Positions 29,562-39,881 of a DNA stretch of 64,000 bases are shown here, piece by piece. The stretch is taken from the NCBI GenBank assembly GCA_040220235.1, contig JAVJTO010000011.1. One strand, written 5' to 3'. How positions within the stretch are numbered: position 1 is the first letter of the stretch; the number at the start of each line of letters is the position of its first letter. This stretch comes from Coleofasciculus sp. B1-GNL1-01 (lineage in GTDB: Bacteria > Cyanobacteriota > Cyanobacteriia > Cyanobacteriales > Coleofasciculaceae). Position numbers and translations under genes: made by a program. The notes under the pieces are model-generated. The model was not told the DNA's origin. It was given only the letters and a program-made list of their open reading frames with translations, and made no database searches.

Positions 29562-32500
29562 ATGTTAGCTGCATCTTTCAACCTTTCTGAGCTTAATGGT
29601 AGTAATGGCTTCGTCATCAACGGCATTGATGCGGGTGACTTCTCAGGCGTTTCTGTCAGCTCTGCCGGAGATATCAATGGGGATGGCATTGATGACCTGA
29701 TTATCGGCGCAAGGCGTGCTGACCCCAACGGCAACTCTAATGCAGGGGAAACCTATGTGGTGTTTGGTCAGAGTGAGGGTTTTGATACTTCACTCAACCT
29801 GTCTCAACTCGATGGTAGCAATGGCTTTGTCCTCAATGGCATTGATGCGAATGACGGATCAGGTGATCCAGTCAGCTCAGCTGGAGATATCAATGGGGAT
29901 GGCATTGATGACCTGATTATCGGCGCACCTTTTGCTGACCCCAACAGTAACACAAATGCAGGGGAAACCTACATCGTGTTGGGTCAGAGTGGAGGTTTTG
30001 ATGCTTCTGTTGACCTGTCTCAACTCGATGGTAGCAATGGCTTTGTCCTCAACGGCATTGATGAGGATGACTTCTCAGGCGTTTCTGTCAGCTCAGCTGG
30101 AGATGTCAATGGGGATGGCATTGATGACCTGATTATCGGCGCACCTTTTACTGACCCCAACGGCATCGATAGTGCAGGGGAAACTTATGTGGTGTTTGGT
30201 AAGAGTGGGGGTTTTGATGCCTCTTTCAACTTGTCTCAACTCAATGGTAACAACGGCTTCGTCATCAACGGCATTAATGAGTCTGACTCCTCAGGTCGTT
30301 CGGTCAGCTCAGCTGGAGATGTCAACGGGGATGGCATTGATGACTTGATTATTGGCGCACCTTTTGCTGACCCCAACGGCATCGATAGTGCAGGGGAAAC
30401 TTATGTAGTGTTTGGCAAAAGTGGGGGTTTTGATGCCACTCTCAACTTGTCTCAACTTAATGGTAGCAACGGCTTTGTTCTCAACGGCATTGATTTTGGT
30501 GACTCCTCAGGTGATCCAGTCAGCTCAGCTGGAGATATCAATGGGGATGGCATTGATGACTTGATTATCGGCGCACCAACAGCTAATCCCAACGGTAATT
30601 ACCGTGCAGGGGAAACCTATGTGGTGTTCGGTAATCAAGGGGGTTTCGATGCTTCTGTTGACCTGTCTCAACTCAATGGTAGCAATGGCTTCGTCATCAA
30701 CGGCATTGATTTTCGTGACAACTCAGGTTATTCAGTCAGCTCAGCTGGAGATATCAATGGGGATGGCATTGATGACCTGATTATCGGTACATTAGGTGCT
30801 GACCCCAACGGCAATTACCGTGCAGGGGAAACCTATGTGGTGTTCGGTAATCAAGGGGGTTTTGATGCCACTCTCAACCTGTCTCAACTCAATGGTAGCA
30901 ATGGCTTTGTTCTCAACGGTATTGATCGGCGTGACTCCTCAGGTCGTTCAGTCAGCTCAGCTGGAGATATCAATGGGGATGGCATTGATGATTTGATTAT
31001 CGGCGCACCAGAAGCTGACCCCAACGGCAACTCTAATGCAGGGGAAACCTACATCGTATTCGGTAATGCTAATCGACCGCCACAGTTAGACCTCAACGGC
31101 GACATGGCAGGTACTGATTTTGCCACCTTCTTGACTTTACCCGGAGTCGTAGTTCCCATTGTGGATCGCATCAACCTTACCTTAACTGACCCCGACTCTA
31201 CAACTCTTGAACAAGCAACAGTCAAGATCAGTAATCTCCAAGACGTTGGGGCTGAAATTCTGGCTGCCGACACAGGTGGTACTAACATTATTGCCAGCTA
31301 CGATGCCAGCAGTGGCACACTCACCCTCAGTGGTGAGGATACCGTTGCCAATTACCAACAAGTTTTGCGGACTCTTACCTATAACAATACCGCCCCAGCG
31401 CCTAACCAGACAGAGCGTATCATTGATTTTTCAGTGAGTGATGAACTCGGCAAAATTAACGGTACCGTGGTGGCTACGACCACCCTGACGTTTTTGAATT
31501 TTGCACCTAACTTATCATTCAACCTGTCTCAACTTAACGGTAACAACGGCTTTGTCATCAACGGCATTGATCGGTTGGACAGGTCAGGTAGTTCAGTCAG
31601 CTCAGCTGGGGATATCAATGGTGATGGCATTGATGACCTGATTATCGGTGCATTAGGTGCTGGCTCCAACGGCAACAGAAATGCAGGGGAAACCTACGTG
31701 GTGTTTGGTAATCAAGGGGGTTTTGATGCTTCTGTTGACCTGTCTCAACTCGATGGTAGCAATGGCTTCGTCCTCAACGGTATTGATAGTTATGACTTCT
31801 CAGGTCGTTCAGTCAGCTCAGCTGGAGATATCAACGGCGATGGCATTGATGACTTGATTATCGGCGCATCTTCTGCTGACCCCAACGGCATCCGTTCTGC
31901 AGGGGAAACCTACATTGTGTTTGGCTCTTCTGAGAGTTTCGATGCCAATTTTAACCTATCTCAACTCAATGGTAGCAACGGCTTCGTCCTCAACGGCATT
32001 AATGAGGGTGACTTCTCAGGTCGTTCAGTCAGCTCAGCTGGAGATATCAATGGGGATGGCATTGATGACCTGATTATTGGCGCATCTTCTGCAGGGGAAA
32101 CCTATGTAGTGTTTGGTAAGAGTGGGGGTTTTGATGCCACTCTCAACCTATCTCAACTTAATGGTAGCAACGGCTTTGTCCTTAATGGGTTTGACCGCTC
32201 AGGTGATTCAGTCAGCTCAGCTGGAGATATCAATGGGGATGGCATTGATGACTTGATTATCGGCGCAGATCGAGCTAACCCCAACGGCATCCGTGATGCA
32301 GGGGAGACGTATGTAGTGTTTGGCAAGAGTGGGGGTTTTGATGCCACTCTCAACTTGTCTCAACTGGATGGTAGCAACGGCTTTGTCCTCAATGGTATTG
32401 ATACGGGTGACTCCTCAGGTTATTCAGTCAGCTCAGCTGGAGATATCAATGGGGATGGCATTGATGACTTGATTATCGGCGCACCTTCTGCTAACCCCAA

Positions 32501-33776
32501 TGACACCCCCAGTGCAGGGGAAACTTATGTGGTGTTTGGTAAGAGTGGGGATTTTGATGCCTCTTTCAACCTGTCTCAACTCAATGGTAGCAACGGCTTC
32601 GTCCTCAACGGCATTAATGAGCGTGACTTCTCAGGTCGTTCGGTCAGCAGCGCTGGAGATATCAATGGTGATGGAATTGATGATTTGATTATCGGCGCAC
32701 CTTTGACTGATCCCAACGGCATCCGTTATGCAGGGGAGACGTATGTAGTTTACGGTAACCTCGCCCCAGAACTTGACCTCAACGGTAATGATACAGGTAT
32801 TGATTTTACCACCACCTTTACCGGAAGTCCTGTCTCGATTGTCAATACTAATAACTTAACCATAACTGACGCCAACACCACCACCCTCGCCAACGCTACC
32901 GTCAAAATCACCAATCTCCAAGATGGTGCAGCGGAAATCTTGGCTGCTGATACCAGTAATACCAATATCACCGCCAATTACGATCCAATTCTTCGCACCC
33001 TCATCCTCAGTGGAGAAGATACCATTGCCAATTACCAACAAGTCCTACGAACTGTCACCTATAACAATACCGCCACCACCCCCGACACCACAGACCGGAT
33101 TATTGAATTTGCGGTCAATGATGGAGAAGCGCACAGTAACCTGAGTACCATCGCCACCACCACCCTTACCTTCGACTCCGGTGAACCTCCCATCGATGGC
33201 ACCCCCAATAACGATACCTTAGTTGGCACTCAAGGGCGCGATCGCATTAACGGATTTGCTGGTCATGACACCATTGCTGGCGGTTTAGGAAATGATCAAA
33301 TCTTCGGTGGTGACGGGGATGATGTCTTACGCGGTGACTTAAACAAACGTTCCCCCCAAATTGGTATCGGTGGCGATGATATCATTTTCGGTGGTGCAGG
33401 CAATGACCGCATCGGTGGCAAAGGGGGAAATGACCAACTCTTTGGTGAAGCCGGGGATGACCAAATCTGGGGGGATGATGGGGATGACATCCTGCGCGGT
33501 GGACTCGGTAACGATACCTTAACTGGGGATGACTTCTCTGGCGGTAGTGGTAGCGATACCTTTATCCTCGCCATAAACGAAGGAATCGATACAATTGTAG
33601 ACTTCCAAGACGGTGCCGATTTAATCGGTTTAGCCAATGGTCTAACTTTTGGTCAGTTATCGATTACTCAAGATGGCAAAAATACACTGATTGGTTTTGA
33701 AGATGAGACGCTGGCTAGGCTCAAAGGAGTGAACGCCAACCTCTTAACAGAAGCCGATTTTACCATCATTGGCTAG
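29562..33776 (+). CDS. Large secreted FG-GAP (integrin-alpha propeller) repeat protein with two Ig-like spacer domains and RTX Ca-binding repeats
   Basis: 13 GD(I/V)NGDGIDDLIIG repeats (7+6, 216-bp period); C-terminal GGxGxD nonapeptides and DTIVDF; no N-terminal signal peptide. Confidence 0.9.
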   Translation: MLAASFNLSELNGSNGFVINGIDAGDFSGVSVSSAGDINGDGIDDLIIGARRADPNGNSNAGETYVVFGQSEGFDTSLNLSQLDGSNGFVLNGIDANDGSGDPVSSAGDINGDGIDDLIIGAPFADPNSNTNAGETYIVLGQSGGFDASVDLSQLDGSNGFVLNGIDEDDFSGVSVSSAGDVNGDGIDDLIIGAPFTDPNGIDSAGETYVVFGKSGGFDASFNLSQLNGNNGFVINGINESDSSGRSVSSAGDVNGDGIDDLIIGAPFADPNGIDSAGETYVVFGKSGGFDATLNLSQLNGSNGFVLNGIDFGDSSGDPVSSAGDINGDGIDDLIIGAPTANPNGNYRAGETYVVFGNQGGFDASVDLSQLNGSNGFVINGIDFRDNSGYSVSSAGDINGDGIDDLIIGTLGADPNGNYRAGETYVVFGNQGGFDATLNLSQLNGSNGFVLNGIDRRDSSGRSVSSAGDINGDGIDDLIIGAPEADPNGNSNAGETYIVFGNANRPPQLDLNGDMAGTDFATFLTLPGVVVPIVDRINLTLTDPDSTTLEQATVKISNLQDVGAEILAADTGGTNIIASYDASSGTLTLSGEDTVANYQQVLRTLTYNNTAPAPNQTERIIDFSVSDELGKINGTVVATTTLTFLNFAPNLSFNLSQLNGNNGFVINGIDRLDRSGSSVSSAGDINGDGIDDLIIGALGAGSNGNRNAGETYVVFGNQGGFDASVDLSQLDGSNGFVLNGIDSYDFSGRSVSSAGDINGDGIDDLIIGASSADPNGIRSAGETYIVFGSSESFDANFNLSQLNGSNGFVLNGINEGDFSGRSVSSAGDINGDGIDDLIIGASSAGETYVVFGKSGGFDATLNLSQLNGSNGFVLNGFDRSGDSVSSAGDINGDGIDDLIIGADRANPNGIRDAGETYVVFGKSGGFDATLNLSQLDGSNGFVLNGIDTGDSSGYSVSSAGDINGDGIDDLIIGAPSANPNDTPSAGETYVVFGKSGDFDASFNLSQLNGSNGFVLNGINERDFSGRSVSSAGDINGDGIDDLIIGAPLTDPNGIRYAGETYVVYGNLAPELDLNGNDTGIDFTTTFTGSPVSIVNTNNLTITDANTTTLANATVKITNLQDGAAEILAADTSNTNITANYDPILRTLILSGEDTIANYQQVLRTVTYNNTATTPDTTDRIIEFAVNDGEAHSNLSTIATTTLTFDSGEPPIDGTPNNDTLVGTQGRDRINGFAGHDTIAGGLGNDQIFGGDGDDVLRGDLNKRSPQIGIGGDDIIFGGAGNDRIGGKGGNDQLFGEAGDDQIWGDDGDDILRGGLGNDTLTGDDFSGGSGSDTFILAINEGIDTIVDFQDGADLIGLANGLTFGQLSITQDGKNTLIGFEDETLARLKGVNANLLTEADFTIIG

Positions 33777-33819
33777 ACCGTTTCTCCATCAATCAACGTC
33801 GTGTAAAAACGACAGTATC

Positions 33820-34131
33820 GTAGGGGCGCACCGACGTGCGCCCTCATCTTACCGACGTGCGCCCCCGATTGATGTCTCTTGGCGTCTACGTTTGTATAGC
33901 GGCAAACATTGGAGTAATGGTAATGGTGCGTTACGCTTCGCTCTCCTCACCCTACAGCATGACCCACCTAAAATGGTGGATTAGCATTGTAGGGGCGCAT
34001 GGCGTGCGCCCAATTTAACCATCAATCTATTAATTTTAGCTGTGTCAGTCCAGTACAGGGCGTTGAGCAGAGGGCGACCCGACCCAATTAATGAGTGGTG
34101 TTGTTAATTTATTCCAGCGGGTCGCCCCTAC
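33820..34131. repeat. Cluster of REP-like hairpins (33820-33844, 33925-33955, 33989-34011, 34071-34131) plus a TA-ended element end at about 34022-34055
   Basis: GTAGGGGCGCA..TGCGCCC twice, GGTGCGTTA..CACCCTAC, and GGGCGACCC..GGGTCGCCCCTAC. Confidence 0.75.
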
Positions 34132-34390
34132 AGGTCTTTGTAACCCCCATCACCCCCATCTCCGCTCACCTCACCACTGCCAACAGCAGCCCCTATTTAA
34201 GGCTTCTTTTGTTGCCAATAGTAAAACGGACTCATTAAGCTATACCAAAACAATTGTTGTTCGCAAGCCGCCACAATATCAGTGTTGAGAACCATCCCAT
34301 ACTTAATAAAGCTTGTTACCGTTGTAGGCTGGGTTGAGGAAAGAAACGAAATTTCCTTGTGTATTCTGATAATCCGCTACAATAGGCGTC

Positions 34391-35698
34391 ATGCCATCAT
34401 CAAAGAGACCTGCCAACGCCTCCAGCCAATTCCTCAAACGCCAAGCCGCGTCGCTGTTGCTGTATCAATCGGTTCTGCGTAACGACGGGGGAAAAGCCTT
34501 TCTCCGTATTTTGCAAACCCTAAGCCAGGGTGAAGCGGAACAAACCGATTGCTTGGTCGCGTATGGAAACTGGTTCAAAATCTTAGCCGCCCACGGACAA
34601 AGTTGGCAAGATTTTCTGATTCGGCAAATTCTCCAGGATGAGAATCCCTTTTCTGTGCAAGTGCAACGGGTAGCCCTGGACGATTTACCTCCAGCCCTCG
34701 TCACGGCGGCGAAACAGGATTTACGCGCCTTGCACCATCTTTCTCAATGTTGCATTGAACAGCTAAGTCGATGGGTGCAAAAAGCTTCTCAGTTAGAAGC
34801 ACAGCCTGTTTCTTGGAATCTGGAAACGGTGCAGCCTACGTTTCTACACCACTCTAGTGATTGGACAGAATCACTAGAGGAATTAGCCGCCCACTATCGA
34901 CACCATGGTACAGGATTATTTGCCCAATATCATGCCCTGCGTTGGCAGTCGGGTCAATTGCTGGGTATCGCCCACCCTGATCCGATTCAGTTAACTCAAT
35001 TGGTGGGCTATGAGTCTCAACAAGCCGCATTAGTTAAAAATACCGAATTCTTACTCGCGGGTTATCCGGCGTTACATGTCTTACTTTATGGCAGTCGTGG
35101 TTCAGGTAAGTCATCATTAGTCAAGGGTTTATTACAAAACTATAAAAATCAGGGACTGCGGTTGATTGAAGTTGCTAAGTCTGACTTAAAAGACCTACCG
35201 ATGATAGTGGAGCAATTGCGAGACGTACCGCAAAAGTTTATCATCTTTGTGGACGATCTCTCCTTTGAAGAAGACGACGATGCATTTAAGGCACTAAAAG
35301 TTGTCTTAGAAGGGAGTGTCACCGCCCGTTCCCCCAATGTAGTCGTTTATGCCACTTCCAATCGACGCCACTTGGTACGGGAATTTTTTGCCGATCGCCC
35401 TCGTCCCAGCGATAATAATGAAATCCATGCCTGGGATACCTTACAAGAAAAATTATCCTTTAGCGATCGCTTCGGCTTAACTCTGACCTTTGAACCAGCC
35501 AACCAAGACGCTTATCTCAACATTGTCTATCATTTAGCCCAGCAAGCCAACATCAACTTACCCCAAAATGACTTAAAATCCCGTGCCATTCAATGGGCAA
35601 CCCGCCATAATGGACGTTCTGGGCGCAGCGCCCGCCAATTTGTGGATTTTCTCAGCGCTGATTTAGGGATTCGTCCTTCGGATAGGGTAGAAGGGTAG
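34391..35698 (+). CDS. DUF815-family AAA+ ATPase
   Basis: LLYGSRGSGKSS, FVDDLSFEE, YATSNRRHL, EKLSFSDRFG and GRSGRSA. Confidence 0.88.
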   Translation: MPSSKRPANASSQFLKRQAASLLLYQSVLRNDGGKAFLRILQTLSQGEAEQTDCLVAYGNWFKILAAHGQSWQDFLIRQILQDENPFSVQVQRVALDDLPPALVTAAKQDLRALHHLSQCCIEQLSRWVQKASQLEAQPVSWNLETVQPTFLHHSSDWTESLEELAAHYRHHGTGLFAQYHALRWQSGQLLGIAHPDPIQLTQLVGYESQQAALVKNTEFLLAGYPALHVLLYGSRGSGKSSLVKGLLQNYKNQGLRLIEVAKSDLKDLPMIVEQLRDVPQKFIIFVDDLSFEEDDDAFKALKVVLEGSVTARSPNVVVYATSNRRHLVREFFADRPRPSDNNEIHAWDTLQEKLSFSDRFGLTLTFEPANQDAYLNIVYHLAQQANINLPQNDLKSRAIQWATRHNGRSGRSARQFVDFLSADLGIRPSDRVEG

Positions 35699-35723
35699 CA
35701 GGATGCAAAAGTTATATCGTATT

Positions 35724-35787
35724 GTAGGGGCGGGTTTAGCCATTTAATTGATGGGTAGACTGATAACTTATCAACAAAACCCGCCCT
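35724..35787. repeat. Long-loop REP GTAGGGGCGGGTTT-N-AAACCCGCCC
   Basis: Same arms at 57091-57151 with an unrelated loop. Confidence 0.8.
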
Positions 35788-35831
35788 CTTTGTATTTAGA
35801 TTTGAGACATAAGACCAATGACATAAGACCA

Positions 35832-37154
35832 ATGAACCAACTCGTTAATCAAATGCTTCTTGGTACAGTTGCTTTTACAGTCAGCGTGGGTGTGGGATTA
35901 TTCGTTAACCCCAACAAAGCCTTGGTTAATGGAGTCGTTACCGTTGTGGCAAGTTATGCTGGCGTTACTGTAGCGGATAGGCGACGCCTTCAATCAGAAA
36001 AACAGCGCAAAAATGCTTTACTCAATCAAATCCAAGAATTTGAGGAAGAAGAAAGCCTATTGTATGCATCACTCATGCAGGGAAAGGAAACACAACATCA
36101 ACTCGAAGCCAGTATCAAGGCATTACAAACGGAACGGAGTCAGCTTCTGAATCGCGTGTCTGAACTGCATAACCAACGAAATAGCCTGTATCAGGAAATC
36201 AGTGAAGTTCAACAGCACAAGCAGGAACATTTAGAGGAAGTGAGTATTCTGCGATCGCAAATTCAGCAGATAGAGAAACACCAAAGCGAACTGAATCAAT
36301 CCCTCTGGGCAAAAACGGCTCAAATCCAGCCAGCGGAAACTCGCTTAAATCACTTACATACTGAACTCGAACAGCTTCAAACTGAAATAGCTGATAAACT
36401 GCATCACCACGAACATCTTAGTCAAGATTTAGCTGCACTTGAACGCCGTAAGCAAGACTTAGGCGGCGAAGCTTACGACTTACATACCCAAATTAAAGCC
36501 TTAAAGCAACGTTTAGAGCAACTGAATCAAGCTTTTTTGTCTTTACGGATACAGCAACAGCGAGTGCAGGAAAATCTCACGCCGCTCAAATCCGAGTTGG
36601 AACAAATGCAGCAACAAGTTACTGAAAAACAGCAACAACAAAAGCAACTGAATCAAGATTTGACGCGATTAGATCAGCTTAAACAGCAGTTAGAATCCGA
36701 TTATGCCACTCTGCAACAGCAAATGCAAACCTTACGAGTACAGAAGTTAACCGCAAGTGAAACAATCTTTCCTATAATTGAACCAAGTTTATCCGCGATT
36801 TTACCACAAAAATTGCAGAAATTGCTGGAATTTTCTCAACAGCTTACTGAGGATGAACGAATGGCATTTCAGGCAATTTTGGCAGAAGACAATGCCGGGT
36901 TAAATCAACTTTATCATCAAAAAGGGATAACGTCACAGGATTTAATTCAATCCCTTAATCAAAAGTCTATTGCCGTCCTCGGATATTCTCTATTTTTCAG
37001 CGATAGTACCTCAGTTACTCCTCAAATTCACAAAGACTATAGTTCAGTATTAAAAGAACCAACATCTATTTATTTTAAAGACTTGATTGGACTTAATTAT
37101 CGTCAAATTAAATCTGACCTAATATCAACAAGTTTTATTCACCTCACATCTTGA
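35832..37154 (+). CDS. Membrane-anchored coiled-coil protein
   Basis: Two N-terminal hydrophobic segments followed by a long Q/E/L heptad region. Confidence 0.75.
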   Translation: MNQLVNQMLLGTVAFTVSVGVGLFVNPNKALVNGVVTVVASYAGVTVADRRRLQSEKQRKNALLNQIQEFEEEESLLYASLMQGKETQHQLEASIKALQTERSQLLNRVSELHNQRNSLYQEISEVQQHKQEHLEEVSILRSQIQQIEKHQSELNQSLWAKTAQIQPAETRLNHLHTELEQLQTEIADKLHHHEHLSQDLAALERRKQDLGGEAYDLHTQIKALKQRLEQLNQAFLSLRIQQQRVQENLTPLKSELEQMQQQVTEKQQQQKQLNQDLTRLDQLKQQLESDYATLQQQMQTLRVQKLTASETIFPIIEPSLSAILPQKLQKLLEFSQQLTEDERMAFQAILAEDNAGLNQLYHQKGITSQDLIQSLNQKSIAVLGYSLFFSDSTSVTPQIHKDYSSVLKEPTSIYFKDLIGLNYRQIKSDLISTSFIHLTS

Positions 37155-37336
37155 ACCAGTAATTATACCAATGTTGCGTTCTATCATGTCTAGGGCGTCA
37201 GTCCAGTAACCACAGTTAGTGGTAACAAGAAGTAAAAAGGCAAAAGTAAAAAGTCAAAAGACCGGAGATTTGGTATCGTATTGTTAGCATTTTGGCACAA
37301 TTCAAGTAGATGATCCGATTACTGGACTGGTGTTCT

Positions 37337-37392
37337 AGTCCGTGCAGGCGGACTTTGCTTGTGTAGCAGCGATTTTAATCGCCGTGGCAAAA
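37337..37392 (+). repeat. 56-bp dispersed double-hairpin repeat (second copy at 44152-44207)
   Basis: AGTCCG..CGGACTTTG.TTGTGTAGCAGCGATTTTAATCGCC.TGGCAAAA is present at both sites. Confidence 0.85.
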
Positions 37393-37433
37393 GGGGTGAT
37401 AAAGGTGGATTTGGTATGAATATTTGATATGAA

Positions 37434-38306
37434 TTAACACTGCTCAATCCAATTGACTAAATCTGCCATATCCGTAAAATCTAATAAAGCCTCACTTAAT
37501 TCATCTAAAACTGTTGCCGATAAACCATTAATTCGTGATTGCATATCTGGAGTAATTTCACCAATTCGGCGAATCAATAAACGGTTAATCATAGCTAACT
37601 TTTCCTGCATTCTTCCTTGTTGTACTCCTTCCTGTAAACTTTGTTCCACTCGCTCAACTCCCCAAGGTAAAAGAGTTCCTGATTCATCCCACCACCGTAA
37701 CCAATAGCAGGTTATTTCTGCCTTAGTGCCGTACCAAACTCCCAAATATAAACCCATTGCGGCAATCCAGTAGCGTCCATTCCCATCAGGTTGTCGCAAT
37801 TCATAATGTCCAGCTACTAAATCATGGACTTCTAATGTCCCATCATTGGGGTTAAAAATAACATAAATTGGGACTTGCAAAATCCGCTCATAAAAATACC
37901 ATTTTCCATAGGGATAAGTCGATTTCGCTGAGTATTCCCCCTGTTCAGTCTCAGAGAGAAACTCCATAACAATGGCTGGAATATCTCCCTCTGTATGAGG
38001 GGTATAACTGCGACGAGTGACTTCTGGCGCGATAGGTAACACATTGGAAACATAAAACCAGTCTGGTGCTTTGACCACTATTTTGCCATCCACAGTGGCG
38101 CAGATAGCAAAGTTGGAGGCGAATAGCATGGAGGCGGTGATAAAACCAGCGATTTCTAGAATCTCTCGCAGTGCTGATGCGAGTAAGGGATGATCAATAT
38201 TCTCCACAGGTTCATCAGGTAAGTGAAAATCATCAGGCAGTTTTTTCCATTCAATCCTGTAGGATACTTTGGGCAGTGTGAGTTGAGATTGAATCATATC
38301 ACTCAT
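37434..38306 (-). CDS. Uma2 (DUF820) family nuclease-fold protein with a DUF4351-like C-terminal tail
   Basis: KAPDWFYV, IVMEFLS, GKWYFYERIL and the C-terminal LSEALLDF..L..W. Confidence 0.85.
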   Translation of the reverse strand: MSDMIQSQLTLPKVSYRIEWKKLPDDFHLPDEPVENIDHPLLASALREILEIAGFITASMLFASNFAICATVDGKIVVKAPDWFYVSNVLPIAPEVTRRSYTPHTEGDIPAIVMEFLSETEQGEYSAKSTYPYGKWYFYERILQVPIYVIFNPNDGTLEVHDLVAGHYELRQPDGNGRYWIAAMGLYLGVWYGTKAEITCYWLRWWDESGTLLPWGVERVEQSLQEGVQQGRMQEKLAMINRLLIRRIGEITPDMQSRINGLSATVLDELSEALLDFTDMADLVNWIEQC

Positions 38307-38539
38307 TGTGAATAATACTGGCAGAAATCAAAGCTTTGGCGCAGTGATACTGATTTGGGATAAGGAGGGGTTTTGTTGAAATGTAATCGGTGATACCCAC
38401 GCAGAAAGTGGCTAAACCCATCTTGATAAACCGCACCTTTTATTACGATACGTCAGTCTTAACCGGAAACTGAGTCGTTCTTGTCATATTTCGTTACTAA
38501 ACGGTAGACTGGAGTGCAACAGCTATCACCCCATCGATT

Positions 38540-39220
38540 ATGCTTCAGGCATTATTATTTGATTTAGACGGCACCTTAGCGGATACTGACCCTATCCATT
38601 TTCAGACGTGGCAAGATATCTTGCGCGAGTATGGCTTAGAGTTTGATCACGCCTTCTACCAAACTCATTTTAGCGGTCGTCTCAATGCGGCGATTGTCAA
38701 GGATTTATTACCCCATCTGTCTCTAGAAGCAGGAAAAGAGTTAGGGGATTATAAAGAAGCAGAATATCGGAAACGTGCTGCCCAACAATTGAAACCGTTA
38801 GGCGGATTGGTAGAGGTGTTAGATTGGGCAAATCAAAAGCAACTGAAGCAGGCGGTGGTGACAAATGCACCGAAAGATAATGCCCAATTCATGTTGCAAG
38901 TTCTCGGTTTAGACAAGCACTTTACCACCGTTGTTTTAGCGGAGGAACTGAAAAAGGGTAAACCTGATCCCATGCCTTATCAGGTGGGGTTAGAATTATT
39001 GGGTGTATCCCCGGTTTCAGCCGTGGCGTTTGAAGACTCCTTAACTGGCGTTCGTTCCGCCGTCGGTGCGGGACTTTTAACAATTGGTGTGGCGACGACT
39101 CATGAACCACAGGCGTTAATGGCGGCGGGGGCGGAGTTGGTGGTTAATGATTTGACTGACCCCAAGCTGGAAGATTTATTGCATTGTTTTGGGCGGGAAA
39201 TGAACACTATCGCATTGTGA
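38540..39220 (+). CDS. HAD-superfamily phosphatase
   Basis: FDLDGTL, VTNA, KPDP and FEDS. Confidence 0.92.
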   Translation: MLQALLFDLDGTLADTDPIHFQTWQDILREYGLEFDHAFYQTHFSGRLNAAIVKDLLPHLSLEAGKELGDYKEAEYRKRAAQQLKPLGGLVEVLDWANQKQLKQAVVTNAPKDNAQFMLQVLGLDKHFTTVVLAEELKKGKPDPMPYQVGLELLGVSPVSAVAFEDSLTGVRSAVGAGLLTIGVATTHEPQALMAAGAELVVNDLTDPKLEDLLHCFGREMNTIAL

Positions 39221-39259
39221 CAGAGGAGATAGTGATTGTCTGATAGCTTGAGTTAACTT

Positions 39260-39589
39260 ATGATACGTCAAACACAAGGAGCAGGCTTCAAACTTGCCGC
39301 TACTGCCATTATCTGGGGATTTGCTACGGGAATGTTAGGGATTTGCATTCCATTAGTTTCGATGACTGACAGTGGTGTTATTTTACCCTTAGCAGTGATT
39401 ATCGGAGCCAGTTTCACTACTACCGTAGTTTGGTTATCGTTCAATCGAGTATCTAGAAACACACTGGAGTTGAGCAACACTATTGAGTCGTTAAAGGAAC
39501 AGGAAGCGACTTTAGAAACTATTGATAACAAGGAAAAGTTTGATGACCAGACTAGGATAAAGCTACTGGAACCGAGAGACAATAAGTAG
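39260..39589 (+). CDS. Small two-TM membrane protein with a coiled-coil tail
   Basis: Two hydrophobic helices; co-oriented with the HAD gene. Confidence 0.65.
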   Translation: MIRQTQGAGFKLAATAIIWGFATGMLGICIPLVSMTDSGVILPLAVIIGASFTTTVVWLSFNRVSRNTLELSNTIESLKEQEATLETIDNKEKFDDQTRIKLLEPRDNK

Positions 39590-39645
39590 GTGGGGATGGT
39601 CATTTGTCATTTGTAAGGGTTTGAGACTTGTTCACAGGTACTGAC

Positions 39646-39807
39646 ATTTTAGCTGGTGGGCAATGCCCACCCTACAGTATAGAATTTCGGCGATACCAAA
39701 ATGCTTATTTGGCTGAAATTTTAGCGGGTGAGCAATGCCCACTCTACGGTATAGTAAGGATTTCGGCAACACCAAAATCTTTCTGGGCGCAAGCCTTGCG
39801 CCCCTAC
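39646..39807 (+). repeat. Tandem REP-linker array (BIME-like) of three CTAC-ended hairpins
   Basis: REPs at 39655-39675, 39727-39747 and 39785-39807, separated by similar GTATAG..ATTTCGGC.A.ACCAAAAT linkers. Confidence 0.82.
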
Positions 39808-39881
39808 ATTTCTTGTCGCTTGTATCGTAGATCACTTGACATAAATTCTACTCTATTAGAGTTGGTACGATAAGCGGCATA

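Noticed and set aside
29562..32760. Regular 216-bp repeats with variable segments as a CRISPR array or DGR target
   Set aside because: They are in-frame protein repeats; no cas or reverse transcriptase gene and no template repeat is present, and the variation is not adenine-specific.
35748..35831. Upstream start of the coiled-coil gene
   Set aside because: It lies inside a REP and short tandem repeats; ATG 35832 is preferred.
39628..39873. ORFs 39628-39873 and 39632-39835
   Set aside because: They are translations of a REP array.
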